NCBI GenBank assembly: GCA_035468985.1
Contig: DATISF010000038.1
Coordinates: 31,652 to 95,651, forward strand
DNA from: Thermoanaerobaculia bacterium
GTDB taxonomy: Bacteria > Acidobacteriota > Thermoanaerobaculia > Gp7-AA8
Direction of reading: 5' to 3'
DNA: 64,000 bases
Shown: one piece after another, positions 33,567 to 42,650 of the stretch
Position numbering within the stretch: the stretch's first letter is position 1
Layout of the letters: the number at the start of each line of letters is the position of its first letter
Notes under the pieces: model-generated
What the model was told of the DNA's origin: nothing
Databases searched by the model: none
Seen by the model: the letters and a program-made list of their open reading frames with translations, nothing else
Made by a program: the position numbers and the translations under genes

Positions 33567-33895
33567 GGCTCATCTCCAGGCGGACCTTCAGTGTAGCCTC
33601 CTCGCCGTGATCGTGCTCCAGACGGAACGGCTCCTCTTTCGTGACCATTCGACGGAAGACCTCGAGCCGTTCTGTGAGATGGAAGCGGACCCGGAGGGAC
33701 GCCGGTACGTGGGAGGCTTCCCTCGCACGCGCGAGGCGGCCGAGGAAAAGTTCCGATCCGTGTATCGGAAACCGGTCACGCGGGCTGGCAACGGAAGCGG
33801 CCGGCGCGTTCGTGCGCTTCCGCCACGAACCCGGCGAACGGCGCTCGTTCGATCATTTCGAACTGCGGCCGCCGAATGAGCGTCGCCTGCCTCGG
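33553..33895 (+). pseudogene. GNAT (RimJ-like) acetyltransferase remnant
   Basis: The N-terminal LQTERLLFRDHSTEDLEPFCEMEADPEGRRYVGG is in one frame. The motif-A-like RGLATEAAGAFVRF is in another frame, only ~25 codons later. The remnant ends at a REP element. Confidence 0.45.
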
Positions 33896-34078
33896 GAAAC
33901 TCTGCACAAGTCGTCATCCTGAGTCGGCGAAGCGCGACGAAGGATCTCAGCATGCGAAACCGCCTGCCATTTCGAGATCCTTCGCCGTCTTCGCGGCTCA
34001 GGATGACGTGAACTTTCGAGATCCTTCGCCGTCTTCGCGGCTCAGGATGACGTGAACAACGACATGTGCAGAGGTTCC
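33894..34078. repeat. MITE/REP-like element with one arm tandemly duplicated
   Basis: tttcGAGATCCTTCGCCGTCTTCGCGGCTCAGGATGACgtgaac occurs twice. The element ends exactly at the TonB-receptor stop codon (34079-34081). Confidence 0.85.
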
Positions 34079-36886
34079 TCAGAACGTGATTCTCACCCCC
34101 ACCCTCGCTGACGTCGGTGCCGTTCGCAGCACAGGCTGTTTGTAACCCGGGTTCACCGGTGTTGCCGATTCGTTATCCGATTCCTGGAAACCCCACCGCT
34201 CGTCGAGCAGCATCGGGCGTTGCGCATTGATGATGTTGAAGACGTCGAGCAGCAGATTGATCTTTGCCATCCCGGCGTCGATCGGATAGCCGAAGTGCAC
34301 GTCGGCGTCGTAGTTGGTCGGGGTCCGGCCTTCCGCGCCGCGCTTCGTCAGGAAGAACTCGTAGCGCCCGTATGCATCGGAGTAGCCGTAACGCGTGAGC
34401 GGCGTGCCGCTGCGCCAGTAGGCGGAGAGTCCCACCGCCAGCTTGAACGGAGTCTGATAGACGCCCGAAACCTTGAACTGATTGCGGCGGTCATTCGACA
34501 GCGGGCCGGTGTTGGTGATCTTGGTCAGGTCCTTCCCGTTGGTGAAGAAGTCGTAGTAGTCGTACGCGGCACTGATGTTCGGATCGGCGCCGACGTTCGT
34601 GAACGGCGCGTACTCGCCGTCGAAATTGCCGTCCAGCTTCGACCAGATGTACGACGCCATCCCCTGCCAGTTGTTCGAGAAACGCTTCGTGGCGTCGATC
34701 TGGATTCCCTTGTACGTCCGCTTCGGCTTCGGCGCCTCGAATGTCTGCGAGTAGTCGAGCGTGAAGATCCGCTGCATGATCCCTTCGCCAGGGTTGCCGA
34801 TGCAGTACGTGCCGTCGTCGGCGCACAGGAAGTCCTCGACCACGCGGCCGTAATTTCGATAGATGCCTTTGACGCCAACAGCGACATCCGGCATCAGCTC
34901 GCGCTCGGCGCCGACGATGAACTCGTTCATGTACTGGTTCTTGATGTTCGGATCCGACGGCTCGGTGAAGCCGCCCAGAATCGCGGACGCCGTGCCGTAA
35001 TCCGATTCTGCATTCGGATCAGGAGTCACGCTGGTCGGGCTGTAGTTGACGATGCGCGGCTGCCGCTCGTACGAGAACGAGCGGATGACGAGATCCATCG
35101 GGATCTCCTCATAGAACTGCCCGTACGAGCCGTAGACCTTCATCTTGTGCACGCCGGTCGGATCCCAGATGAAGCCGAGGCGCGGCGCGAAGTCCTTCTT
35201 CATGTCGATCTGCTTCACGCCGGAGGCGTCGATGATCTCCTGGCGGTCCCAGCGGATGCCGGCGGTGACCACCATCCGGTCGTTGAGACTCCAACGATCC
35301 TGGAGGTAAGCGGTCGTGACGTGATGCTCGGGCGATGCGATCAGCGCGCCGACCGGCGCGTTCGTCACGGTCGCGTCCGGCGTCGTCCAGTAGAAGTGCC
35401 GGTAGATCGGCTTGCTCGGATTCACCGTATTCGCAAACACATCCACCTGCTGTCCGCCCGACATCCTCTTCACCACCTCGGCCGACGCGTTCTCGTATTC
35501 GAGACCGCCCTTGAATTCATGTCCGCCGAAAATCAGCGCGAGCGATGACGCGTAATGCTTGCGGTCGAAGCTCTTGTTCTGAATGAGTCCGAAGCCGCCG
35601 GTCTGGAAGAAGTCGTTTCCCGCATCGCGATACTGGATGCCGTTGCCGGCGCTCGTCGATGGTCCCACCGAGTTTTCCTCGCGATGACGGGCGATCTGCG
35701 CGGAGGCGATCCACCGCGAGGCGAACGAGCCGTCGTAACGGAGCGCGTAATCGCGTCCGCCGAAGTCCTGACGGCCGAGGTACGTGCTCGCTTCGCCGTT
35801 GAGGGAGTGGTTGGCGTCGATGATTGCGCCCGTGTCGACGCGCGGGTCCTGCAGGAACGTACCGACCAGCGACTGATTCGGCGCGAGGTTGTACGTCAGC
35901 TTTGCCGAGCCGAGGTTGCGGCGGCTCTTTGAGGTGCTGATGGTCAACGGGATCGTGTCGCCGGGCAGGCTCGTGTCGAGCGAGTTGCGCACGCCGTCAT
36001 ATGCACCGAAGAACCACAGCTTGTCGCGCATGATGAAGCCGCCGAGGTCCGCGCCGTAGTCGGAACGCGTGAAGCCTTCCTGCGTTCCGGACGTCGAGAC
36101 CACGCGCTTCGCATTGGCCTGCAGCGAGTCGCTGTCGTGATAGCCGAAGACGTCGCCGGTGAACTGATTGCCGCCCGACTTCGTGATCACGTTGATGATG
36201 CCGCCGGTCGAGCGCCCGAACTCCGCCTCGTAGCCGCCGGTCTTCACGTCGACTTCGCTGATGAACTCGAAATTCAGCTCCTTCCCCTGGAATCCGTACT
36301 CCATGTTGGTGGTGTTCACGCCATCGATGTAGTAGGCGTTCTCCGCGCCGGAGGAGCCGTACACGCTGATCGTCGATTGCGTTGCGTTCGACGGATTCGC
36401 ATCGGACGAGACTCCGGGAGCGACCTGCACGATCGACGAGTAGTTGCGGCCGGTCGGCAGCGTCTCGATGGCGCGCGTGGAGAGATTCGTGCCCAGCGCC
36501 GTCGACGTCGTATCCAGCACCGGAGCCTCGGCGCTCACGGAGATTTCCGCGGTGACCGATGCCGGCCGCAGCACGACATCGATCGCTGTGTCCTTACCGA
36601 GCGACACGATCACGTTCTTGCGCTGCTCGGGCGCGAAACCGCTCAGGCTGAACGCCACGGTGTACTGGCCCGGCGGAAGCAGCGCGAAGCGGTACGAGCC
36701 TTCGGCGTCCGCGACAGACGTTCGCGTGCCCTGCATCGAGGGACTCTTCACCTCGACCGTCACGCCGGGAAGCGTGGCGCCGGTCGAATCGGAGACTTTG
36801 CCGAGGATGCCGCCGGTCGTTTGTGCGAGGAGGGGAAGGGCGAGCAGCGAGAGAAGGACGTAAAGAGTCCACCCGCGACGGGTCAT
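34079..36886 (-). CDS. TonB-dependent receptor with an N-terminal CarboxypepD_reg domain
   Basis: An SD (aaggaggtctc) lies upstream of ATG 36884-36886. Signal peptide; GKVSDSTGATLPGVTVEVKS...AEGSYRFALLPPGQYTV; C-terminal barrel ending RVGVRITF. Confidence 0.9.
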   Translation of the reverse strand: MTRRGWTLYVLLSLLALPLLAQTTGGILGKVSDSTGATLPGVTVEVKSPSMQGTRTSVADAEGSYRFALLPPGQYTVAFSLSGFAPEQRKNVIVSLGKDTAIDVVLRPASVTAEISVSAEAPVLDTTSTALGTNLSTRAIETLPTGRNYSSIVQVAPGVSSDANPSNATQSTISVYGSSGAENAYYIDGVNTTNMEYGFQGKELNFEFISEVDVKTGGYEAEFGRSTGGIINVITKSGGNQFTGDVFGYHDSDSLQANAKRVVSTSGTQEGFTRSDYGADLGGFIMRDKLWFFGAYDGVRNSLDTSLPGDTIPLTISTSKSRRNLGSAKLTYNLAPNQSLVGTFLQDPRVDTGAIIDANHSLNGEASTYLGRQDFGGRDYALRYDGSFASRWIASAQIARHREENSVGPSTSAGNGIQYRDAGNDFFQTGGFGLIQNKSFDRKHYASSLALIFGGHEFKGGLEYENASAEVVKRMSGGQQVDVFANTVNPSKPIYRHFYWTTPDATVTNAPVGALIASPEHHVTTAYLQDRWSLNDRMVVTAGIRWDRQEIIDASGVKQIDMKKDFAPRLGFIWDPTGVHKMKVYGSYGQFYEEIPMDLVIRSFSYERQPRIVNYSPTSVTPDPNAESDYGTASAILGGFTEPSDPNIKNQYMNEFIVGAERELMPDVAVGVKGIYRNYGRVVEDFLCADDGTYCIGNPGEGIMQRIFTLDYSQTFEAPKPKRTYKGIQIDATKRFSNNWQGMASYIWSKLDGNFDGEYAPFTNVGADPNISAAYDYYDFFTNGKDLTKITNTGPLSNDRRNQFKVSGVYQTPFKLAVGLSAYWRSGTPLTRYGYSDAYGRYEFFLTKRGAEGRTPTNYDADVHFGYPIDAGMAKINLLLDVFNIINAQRPMLLDERWGFQESDNESATPVNPGYKQPVLRTAPTSARVGVRITF

Positions 36887-36927
36887 CGTGAGACCTCCTT
36901 TGGGGACGTGGAGGAAAATATATCCTT

Positions 36928-37770
36928 TTACGCTGTCACCGGGCGGCCGTAGATGAGCCGGCGAAACCTCTTTCCCGAGACTCCTCCTCGAACGGCCGTA
37001 CGACCGTGCAGCCAGTGGCCGTCGTGCAGAAGGTATCCTTCGCCGCTCCTCAATTTGATCGACCAGCTTTCCCGGCGCATGTCCCGGGCAAGAGAACGCG
37101 TCCACGGATTCCGCGGTTCGTAAAGCAGGCCGTAGAACTCATCGAACGAGTCGCGGCCCGCCCGGTGATCGAGAAGCTCCCCGATCCGCCGGCGAGCCGA
37201 AGCGGGAAGATCAGCGCACGCCGCGGCGATGCGATCGAACGCCTCGCGGCTCAGGAACAGCGCCTTGCCCGAGCTTCCGGAGGGAACGTCGTCGAAGATC
37301 AGCCACAGGCGCTCGGTCAGAAACAGGTCGGCATGGAGGGGAAAACCGCTGTCGATCGCCTCGGTCTTGACGGGCGCATGCAGCGCCGCCCGCGGATCTC
37401 CGGTGATGCGCACGATCCCTGAGCGCAAAAGCGACATGCACCTGTGAAACACCGATGAAGATACGGGCGGCAGGAGCATCCCCGTGAAGAACATCAGTCT
37501 CCGTCTCACGCTCAGCGCCATGAGCTCCTCGGCCATGCGCACTGCGAGCTCCGCGAGAGACTTGCGTACGTGTGACAACGAATAGCTGTACGTTGCGCTG
37601 TAAGGATCGCAGCCGCGGACCGCGACGAGCGGTGGAGGCGGAAGCTCGAGGATGTCGTCCAGGTGCGCGGTGATCCGGCGAACCATCCCCGGCCTCCACG
37701 TGTACCAGGGAGCGGAATGCGCTGCTTGATTGGGGCGATGATGGGGTGGCGTTTCGGTTCGGGCAAACAT
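36928..37770 (-). CDS. hypothetical protein, possibly a Fe(II)/2OG-oxygenase-like fold
   Basis: FPLHAD (HxD) and GYLLHDGHWLHGR are suggestive only. The ATG at 37768-37770 shares 1 nt with the upstream stop (TGATG). Confidence 0.45.
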   Translation of the reverse strand: MFARTETPPHHRPNQAAHSAPWYTWRPGMVRRITAHLDDILELPPPPLVAVRGCDPYSATYSYSLSHVRKSLAELAVRMAEELMALSVRRRLMFFTGMLLPPVSSSVFHRCMSLLRSGIVRITGDPRAALHAPVKTEAIDSGFPLHADLFLTERLWLIFDDVPSGSSGKALFLSREAFDRIAAACADLPASARRRIGELLDHRAGRDSFDEFYGLLYEPRNPWTRSLARDMRRESWSIKLRSGEGYLLHDGHWLHGRTAVRGGVSGKRFRRLIYGRPVTA

Positions 37771-38342
37771 CAGTCGAGGCCGCTGGCTCTGCGCACGCGC
37801 GTTCGGATCCACGTGAGGTAAAGAACCAGGTAGATCAGGATGAGTGTCGAGACGACCGCCGAGAGTCCCTGAAAATCGCAGAGATAGAAAATCCACTCGA
37901 GCAGGAAGATCGCCACGACAGACGATTGCCAGAGCACGACCGTCGCGGTTTGCTTGCGCGTCTCGCCGCAGGCGATGTGCGTCCACAGCATGAGCAGGAG
38001 CCAGTAAATCGCCAGCAGGAGCCAGAACGACGAAGCTCCCAGCTTCGCGGCGATCTTAGGCAAAGCGACATCGAATACGTTCGTCTGAGGATTGATCACG
38101 ACCATTCCGAGGGCCAGAAGAACGAAATTGATCAGATCGATGATCATCAGAGGCAGCGTGTATTTCGTCTGAGCAGTGCTCTCGATCTCGTGAGATGTCG
38201 AAAGCATGTCGTTGAAGACCACCACCGCAAGACAGCCCGCCGCGGTGATCGCACCGATCCCCGCGGACGCTTCGAATGCCAGCAACAGCACGCGGAGCGA
38301 ACCGACAAAAAGGAGCGCTGACAGGACGTTGTAGAACGTCAT
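37770..38342 (-). CDS. integral membrane protein, unknown function
   Basis: 190 aa with 5-6 hydrophobic segments. GC is lower than the flanks. Confidence 0.6.
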   Translation of the reverse strand: MTFYNVLSALLFVGSLRVLLLAFEASAGIGAITAAGCLAVVVFNDMLSTSHEIESTAQTKYTLPLMIIDLINFVLLALGMVVINPQTNVFDVALPKIAAKLGASSFWLLLAIYWLLLMLWTHIACGETRKQTATVVLWQSSVVAIFLLEWIFYLCDFQGLSAVVSTLILIYLVLYLTWIRTRVRRASGLD

Positions 38343-38427
38343 GACTCGTAGCCTTGATTGAAATGCTGCTTGAGGGACCCAACCTGGGAGTGACGGCCGG
38401 GCTCCTTTCCCTACCTGAACGGCGGCG

Positions 38428-39483
38428 TTAGTGCCGCTTCACCGCGCGCCGCTTCGTCGTCTGCGGAGGAGGAGGCGGCGGTGGCGTGGAGCTCGTGCCG
38501 CACTTCGCAGTCAGACGCGTCGAGTTCCAGTCGTCGCAGGACGCGCCGCCGATTCCGAGAGAGCCTGTCGCTGGATACGTCACCTCGGCTCCCGTCGAAT
38601 CGATGAACGAGAAGTAGTAACGATGGCAGCCGCTTCCGACGCCGGTCGCCGTCGCGGACCATGCGCCGTTCTGAGGCGTGCCCCGCTGCAGCGACATCGA
38701 GGAACACTTGCCGTCCACGACGGCGTTCGCCGATTTCGGCGCGGCGCTGTCGTACCAGTTCGCCCAGAGCGCAACCGAATCGGCCTGCTTCGGATAGTGC
38801 GCGGCCGACGGAATCTTGTACGGCGGATCTCCGCCGCCGAAATCGCCGACGGCATTGCCGGTGACTCCGACGCCGACCGCGCTGCCCGGCCCGAGGATCA
38901 GATAGCGATGACCGTTCCCGGTGCCGAATCCGCAGGAGGGGCTCGCCGACGGCTCGTACAGCCAGAGGTAGAACGCGGCATTCGGCTCGGACGCGCCGGC
39001 GATGATCTCGCCGGAGGGGCCGTTGCCAAACATCGCCACGCGCGTGGTCCACGCGGTCGGCAGCCCCTCGGTGCACGAGCACGACTCGGATCCGTCGCAC
39101 GCGACCGGATACAGCGCGGCGATGTTCCGGACGAGCTGGCATTTCGAGTCGTGAGCGAAGAAGTGTTGCTTCGCCATCTCATCGGAATGAAATCGCGCGC
39201 TGTGATTGAGGGCCTCGTTCCATACGAGCGGAGCCGACGGCTTGTAGCACGCCGCCTCGGCGCACGCGCTGCCGCACGTCGCGAGCTCTTTCTGCGGATC
39301 GACGCGCGCGCGGTTCATCCATTCGAGGATGACGCGCTCGGCCCAGTTCGGAAACCCGTTGATCGACTCGCCGGCGCGCAGATTGTTCGCGAACGTCCGC
39401 GGATCCTGCGCGTGCGCGGACAGGGCGATGCTGCAGACGAGAAGCAGCGGGACGATCTTCACGAGGTCGAGATTAACGGGCAT
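38428..39483 (-). CDS. secreted CAP/SCP/PR-1-like cysteine-rich protein with a Pro-rich C-terminus
   Basis: Start at ATG 39481-39483 (MPVNLDLVKIVPLLLVCSIALSAHA). Contains WMNRARVDP...LVWNEALNHSARFHSDEMAKQHFFAHDS. Confidence 0.75.
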   Translation of the reverse strand: MPVNLDLVKIVPLLLVCSIALSAHAQDPRTFANNLRAGESINGFPNWAERVILEWMNRARVDPQKELATCGSACAEAACYKPSAPLVWNEALNHSARFHSDEMAKQHFFAHDSKCQLVRNIAALYPVACDGSESCSCTEGLPTAWTTRVAMFGNGPSGEIIAGASEPNAAFYLWLYEPSASPSCGFGTGNGHRYLILGPGSAVGVGVTGNAVGDFGGGDPPYKIPSAAHYPKQADSVALWANWYDSAAPKSANAVVDGKCSSMSLQRGTPQNGAWSATATGVGSGCHRYYFSFIDSTGAEVTYPATGSLGIGGASCDDWNSTRLTAKCGTSSTPPPPPPPQTTKRRAVKRH

Positions 39484-39515
39484 GGCGAGAGGCAGGCGTG
39501 ATCCTCGGCACAAAA

Positions 39516-39619
39516 GGGAGAACGAGGAATGGTGAATGTTCAATGTTGAATTGTGGATTGGTGATTTCGTTCAACATTCACCATTCAACATTGAACATTC
39601 AACATTCCTCGTCTCTCCC
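39516..39619. repeat. AT-rich heptamer-array palindrome (GAATGTT / AACATTC units)
   Basis: gggagaacgaggaatggtgaatgttcaatgttgaat...attcaacattgaacattcaacattcctcgtctctccc. It lies between the VIT1 stop and the CAP-protein start. Confidence 0.85.
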
Positions 39620-40744
39620 TCACGAAATCGATACTCCGACCAAACGACCAACCCCATACACCAAAGCCGCCGCCCCCAACCCGAAGAGAACCTGCCTCAT
39701 CGCTGAAAACAAGACGCCTCGTCCCGTGAACAGCGTGATCGCCGCGCCGACGATGAACAGCGCGAGGGTGCTGAAGGCCACGCTGAGCATCACGCCGGTC
39801 GAGAGGTCGGCGAAAAAGAACGGGCTGACCGGCACGATCGCGCCGGCGGTGAACAGGATGAACGACATCAGCGCGGCCTGCCACGCCGATCCGCCGAGCT
39901 CCGCGGGGTCGATGCCCAGCTCCTCGCGGGCCATCGTGTCGAGCGCGGTCTCATGATTGCTCATCACGCTCGCCGCGAATTTGCGCGCCTCCTCCTCTTC
40001 CAGTCCGCGCGCCTGGTAGATCAGGGCGAGCTCTTCCACTTCCTCTTCCGGCATCGTCTCGAGCTCTTCCTTCTCCATCTCGATCTGATGCGTGTAGAGC
40101 TCGCGCGAGCTCTGCACGGAGAGCCATTCGCCGAGGGCCATCGATCCGGCGCCGGCGAGCAGACCGGCCAGGCCGGTGATGAGGATCGTTTTCTCGGGCA
40201 TCGCCGCGCCGGCCACGCCCATGACCAGGCTGAGATTCGAGACCAGTCCGTCGTTGGCGCCGAGGACCGCGGCGCGGAGGGCGTTGCCGCCGGCGGTGCG
40301 GTGGCGGCCTTCGAGTTTCGCCACTTCGCTGCCGGCAAAGCCGCCGCGCATCGACGTCATCATGTTGATGACGCGCGCGTGCGACTGCTCGTCGCCGTGA
40401 AAGTCCTTGGCGTCGGCCTGCTTCGCGTACTTGCTGCTGTCGGCCTGCTCGAGCGACTGCACCGACGGAAGGACGACGCCGACGCCGAATCGCCGGGCGA
40501 TCAAGCCGAGCGTCTTCGTGCGCCACGAAACTTTCGGCGCCGGGATCTTCTCGCCGGCCGCCTCGAGCTTCTGCCGCCAGCGATCCGCATGCTTGCGCTC
40601 GACGTTCGCCAGCCTGCGATACACCTCGGCCAGACGCGAGTCTTTCTCGGCGGCGGCGAGCGAGTCGTACAGCGCGGCGCCGTTGGTCTCGTCGACGAGG
40701 TTCTCGAGGATGCGCTTCTTCTCCCGGGAAGTGAGTGGGGACAT
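39620..40744 (-). CDS. VIT1/CCC1-family iron/manganese transporter with an N-terminal ferritin-like domain
   Basis: LRAAVLGANDGLVSNLSLVMG and C-terminal TM helices. The N-terminus has rubrerythrin-like helices. Start ATG 40742-40744. Confidence 0.88.
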   Translation of the reverse strand: MSPLTSREKKRILENLVDETNGAALYDSLAAAEKDSRLAEVYRRLANVERKHADRWRQKLEAAGEKIPAPKVSWRTKTLGLIARRFGVGVVLPSVQSLEQADSSKYAKQADAKDFHGDEQSHARVINMMTSMRGGFAGSEVAKLEGRHRTAGGNALRAAVLGANDGLVSNLSLVMGVAGAAMPEKTILITGLAGLLAGAGSMALGEWLSVQSSRELYTHQIEMEKEELETMPEEEVEELALIYQARGLEEEEARKFAASVMSNHETALDTMAREELGIDPAELGGSAWQAALMSFILFTAGAIVPVSPFFFADLSTGVMLSVAFSTLALFIVGAAITLFTGRGVLFSAMRQVLFGLGAAALVYGVGRLVGVSIS

Positions 40745-40761
40745 GCCCGCGCGTATTATCA

Positions 40762-40836
40762 CGTCATCCTGAGCGCGGAGCGCGAAGGATCTCGTCGACC
40801 AGATTCTTCGCCGTCTTCGCGGCTCGGAATGACGTG
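40762..40836. repeat. short hairpin version of the REP family
   Basis: CGTCATCCTGAGCGCGGAGCGCGAAGGATCTCgtcgaccAGATTCTTCGCCGTCTTCGCGGCTCGGAATGACG, in a divergent promoter gap. Confidence 0.8.
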
Positions 40837-42510
40837 ATGAACATGCGCAGACTTCCTCTCCTGCTCCTGCTTCTGACCGCGTGCCGCACGGCCGCGCCGC
40901 AATACGACGTCGTCATCCGCAACGGCTCGATCTACGACGGGAGCGGCTCCGCTCCGCGGCGTGCCGATCTGGCGATCCGAGGCGATGCGATTGCCGCGAT
41001 CGGCGATCTCAGCCACGCGACCGGGAAGCTGGAGCTCGACGCGCGTGGGCTCGCCGTCTCGCCCGGCTTCATCAACATGCTCAGTTGGGCAGTGGACTCG
41101 CTCATCGTCGATGGCCGCTCGCAATCCGACATCCGCCAGGGCGTCACTCTCGAGGTGTTCGGCGAAGGGGAATCGATGGGACCCCTCACGCCGCCGATGA
41201 AGCAGTACGCCAAACAGCGCCAGGGCGACATCCAGTACGACATCGAATGGACGACGCTCGCCGAGTACCTCGACTGGCTGACGCGGCGCGGGATCTCGCC
41301 GAACGTGGCCTCGTTCGTCGGCGCGACCACCGTGCGCGTGCACGAGATCGGATTCGCCGACCGCCCGCCGACGCCGGAAGAGCTGGCGCGCATGAAGGAT
41401 CTCGTCCGCCAGGCCATGCGCGAAGGCGCCCTCGGCGTCGGCTCGGCGCTGATCTACGCGCCGGCCTTCTACGCGAAGACTCCCGAGCTGGTGGAGCTGT
41501 GCAAAGCGGCGGGCGAATTCGGCGGCATGTACATCTCCCATATCCGCAGCGAAGGAAACCAGCTCGAGCAGGCCGTCGACGAGCTGATCACGATCGCGCG
41601 CGAGGCGAACGTCCCCGCCGAGATCTACCACCTCAAGGCGGCCGGCCAGCCGAACTGGACCAAATTAGACAGTGTAATCAGTCGTATCAATGAAGCTCGT
41701 AATCATGGATTGAAAATTACAGCCAATATGTACACATATACGGCGGGGGCCACGGGCCTCGACGCCATGATGCCGCCCTGGGTGCAGGAAGGCGGCTTCG
41801 AAGCGTGGAGGAAACGGCTGCAGGATCCGGCTCTGCGCGAGCGGCTGCTCTCCGAGATCCGCACGCCGACCGGCAAGTGGGAGAACCTCTACCTTCTCGC
41901 CGGCGGCGCCGACCGCGTGCTGCTCGCCGGCTTCCGCAATGACGCCCTCAAGCCGCTGACCGGCAAGACGCTGGCCGAAGTCGCGCGCATGCGCGGCAAA
42001 TCGCCGGAAGAGACGGCCGTCGATCTGGTCATCGAAGACGAGAGCCGTGTCGACACCATCTACTTCCTGATGTCCGATGAGAACGTGGGCAAGCAGGTCG
42101 CGCTGCCTTGGGTCTCGTTCGGATCGGATGCCGCCTCCCCCGCGCCCGAGGGTGTCTTCCTGAAATCGAACGTCCACCCGCGCACGTACGGCAATTTCGC
42201 GCGTCTCCTCGCGAAGTACGTGCGCGACGAGCACGTGATCCCGCTCGAGGAAGCGATCCGCAAGCTGACCTCGCTCCCCGCGACGAACATGAAGATCGCC
42301 AAACGCGGACGCCTCGCGCCCGGCTACTTCGCCGACGTCGTGGTCTTCGATCCGGCGAAGATCCAGGATCACGCCACGTACGACCACCCCCATCAGTACG
42401 CGACCGGCGTCGTCGACGTGTTCGTCAATGGGGTGCAGGTTCTGCGGGACGGAGAGCACACGGGGGCGAAACCGGGGCGGGTCGTGCGGGGGCCGGGCTA
42501 CGCGCGCTAG
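40837..42510 (+). CDS. N-acyl-D-amino-acid deacylase (D-aminoacylase) family amidohydrolase, lipoprotein
   Basis: MNMRRLPLLLLLLTAC lipobox, DVVIRNGSIYDGSG, PGFINMLSW, and ITANMYTYTAG typical of the family. Confidence 0.9.
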   Translation: MNMRRLPLLLLLLTACRTAAPQYDVVIRNGSIYDGSGSAPRRADLAIRGDAIAAIGDLSHATGKLELDARGLAVSPGFINMLSWAVDSLIVDGRSQSDIRQGVTLEVFGEGESMGPLTPPMKQYAKQRQGDIQYDIEWTTLAEYLDWLTRRGISPNVASFVGATTVRVHEIGFADRPPTPEELARMKDLVRQAMREGALGVGSALIYAPAFYAKTPELVELCKAAGEFGGMYISHIRSEGNQLEQAVDELITIAREANVPAEIYHLKAAGQPNWTKLDSVISRINEARNHGLKITANMYTYTAGATGLDAMMPPWVQEGGFEAWRKRLQDPALRERLLSEIRTPTGKWENLYLLAGGADRVLLAGFRNDALKPLTGKTLAEVARMRGKSPEETAVDLVIEDESRVDTIYFLMSDENVGKQVALPWVSFGSDAASPAPEGVFLKSNVHPRTYGNFARLLAKYVRDEHVIPLEEAIRKLTSLPATNMKIAKRGRLAPGYFADVVVFDPAKIQDHATYDHPHQYATGVVDVFVNGVQVLRDGEHTGAKPGRVVRGPGYAR

Positions 42511-42650
42511 GGAACCTCTGCACCAGTGGTCATCCTGAGTCGGCGAAGCGCGACGAAGGATCTCAGGATCCGAAAACGCTGCGATTTCGAGATCCTTCGC
42601 CGTCTTCGCGGCTCAGGATGACGTGAACAACGACTTGCGCAGAGCTTCCC
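42511..42650. repeat. MITE/REP-like palindromic element (full-length)
   Basis: Begins at the nucleotide after the D-aminoacylase TAG. Same TIRs and arms as the other copies. Confidence 0.85.
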
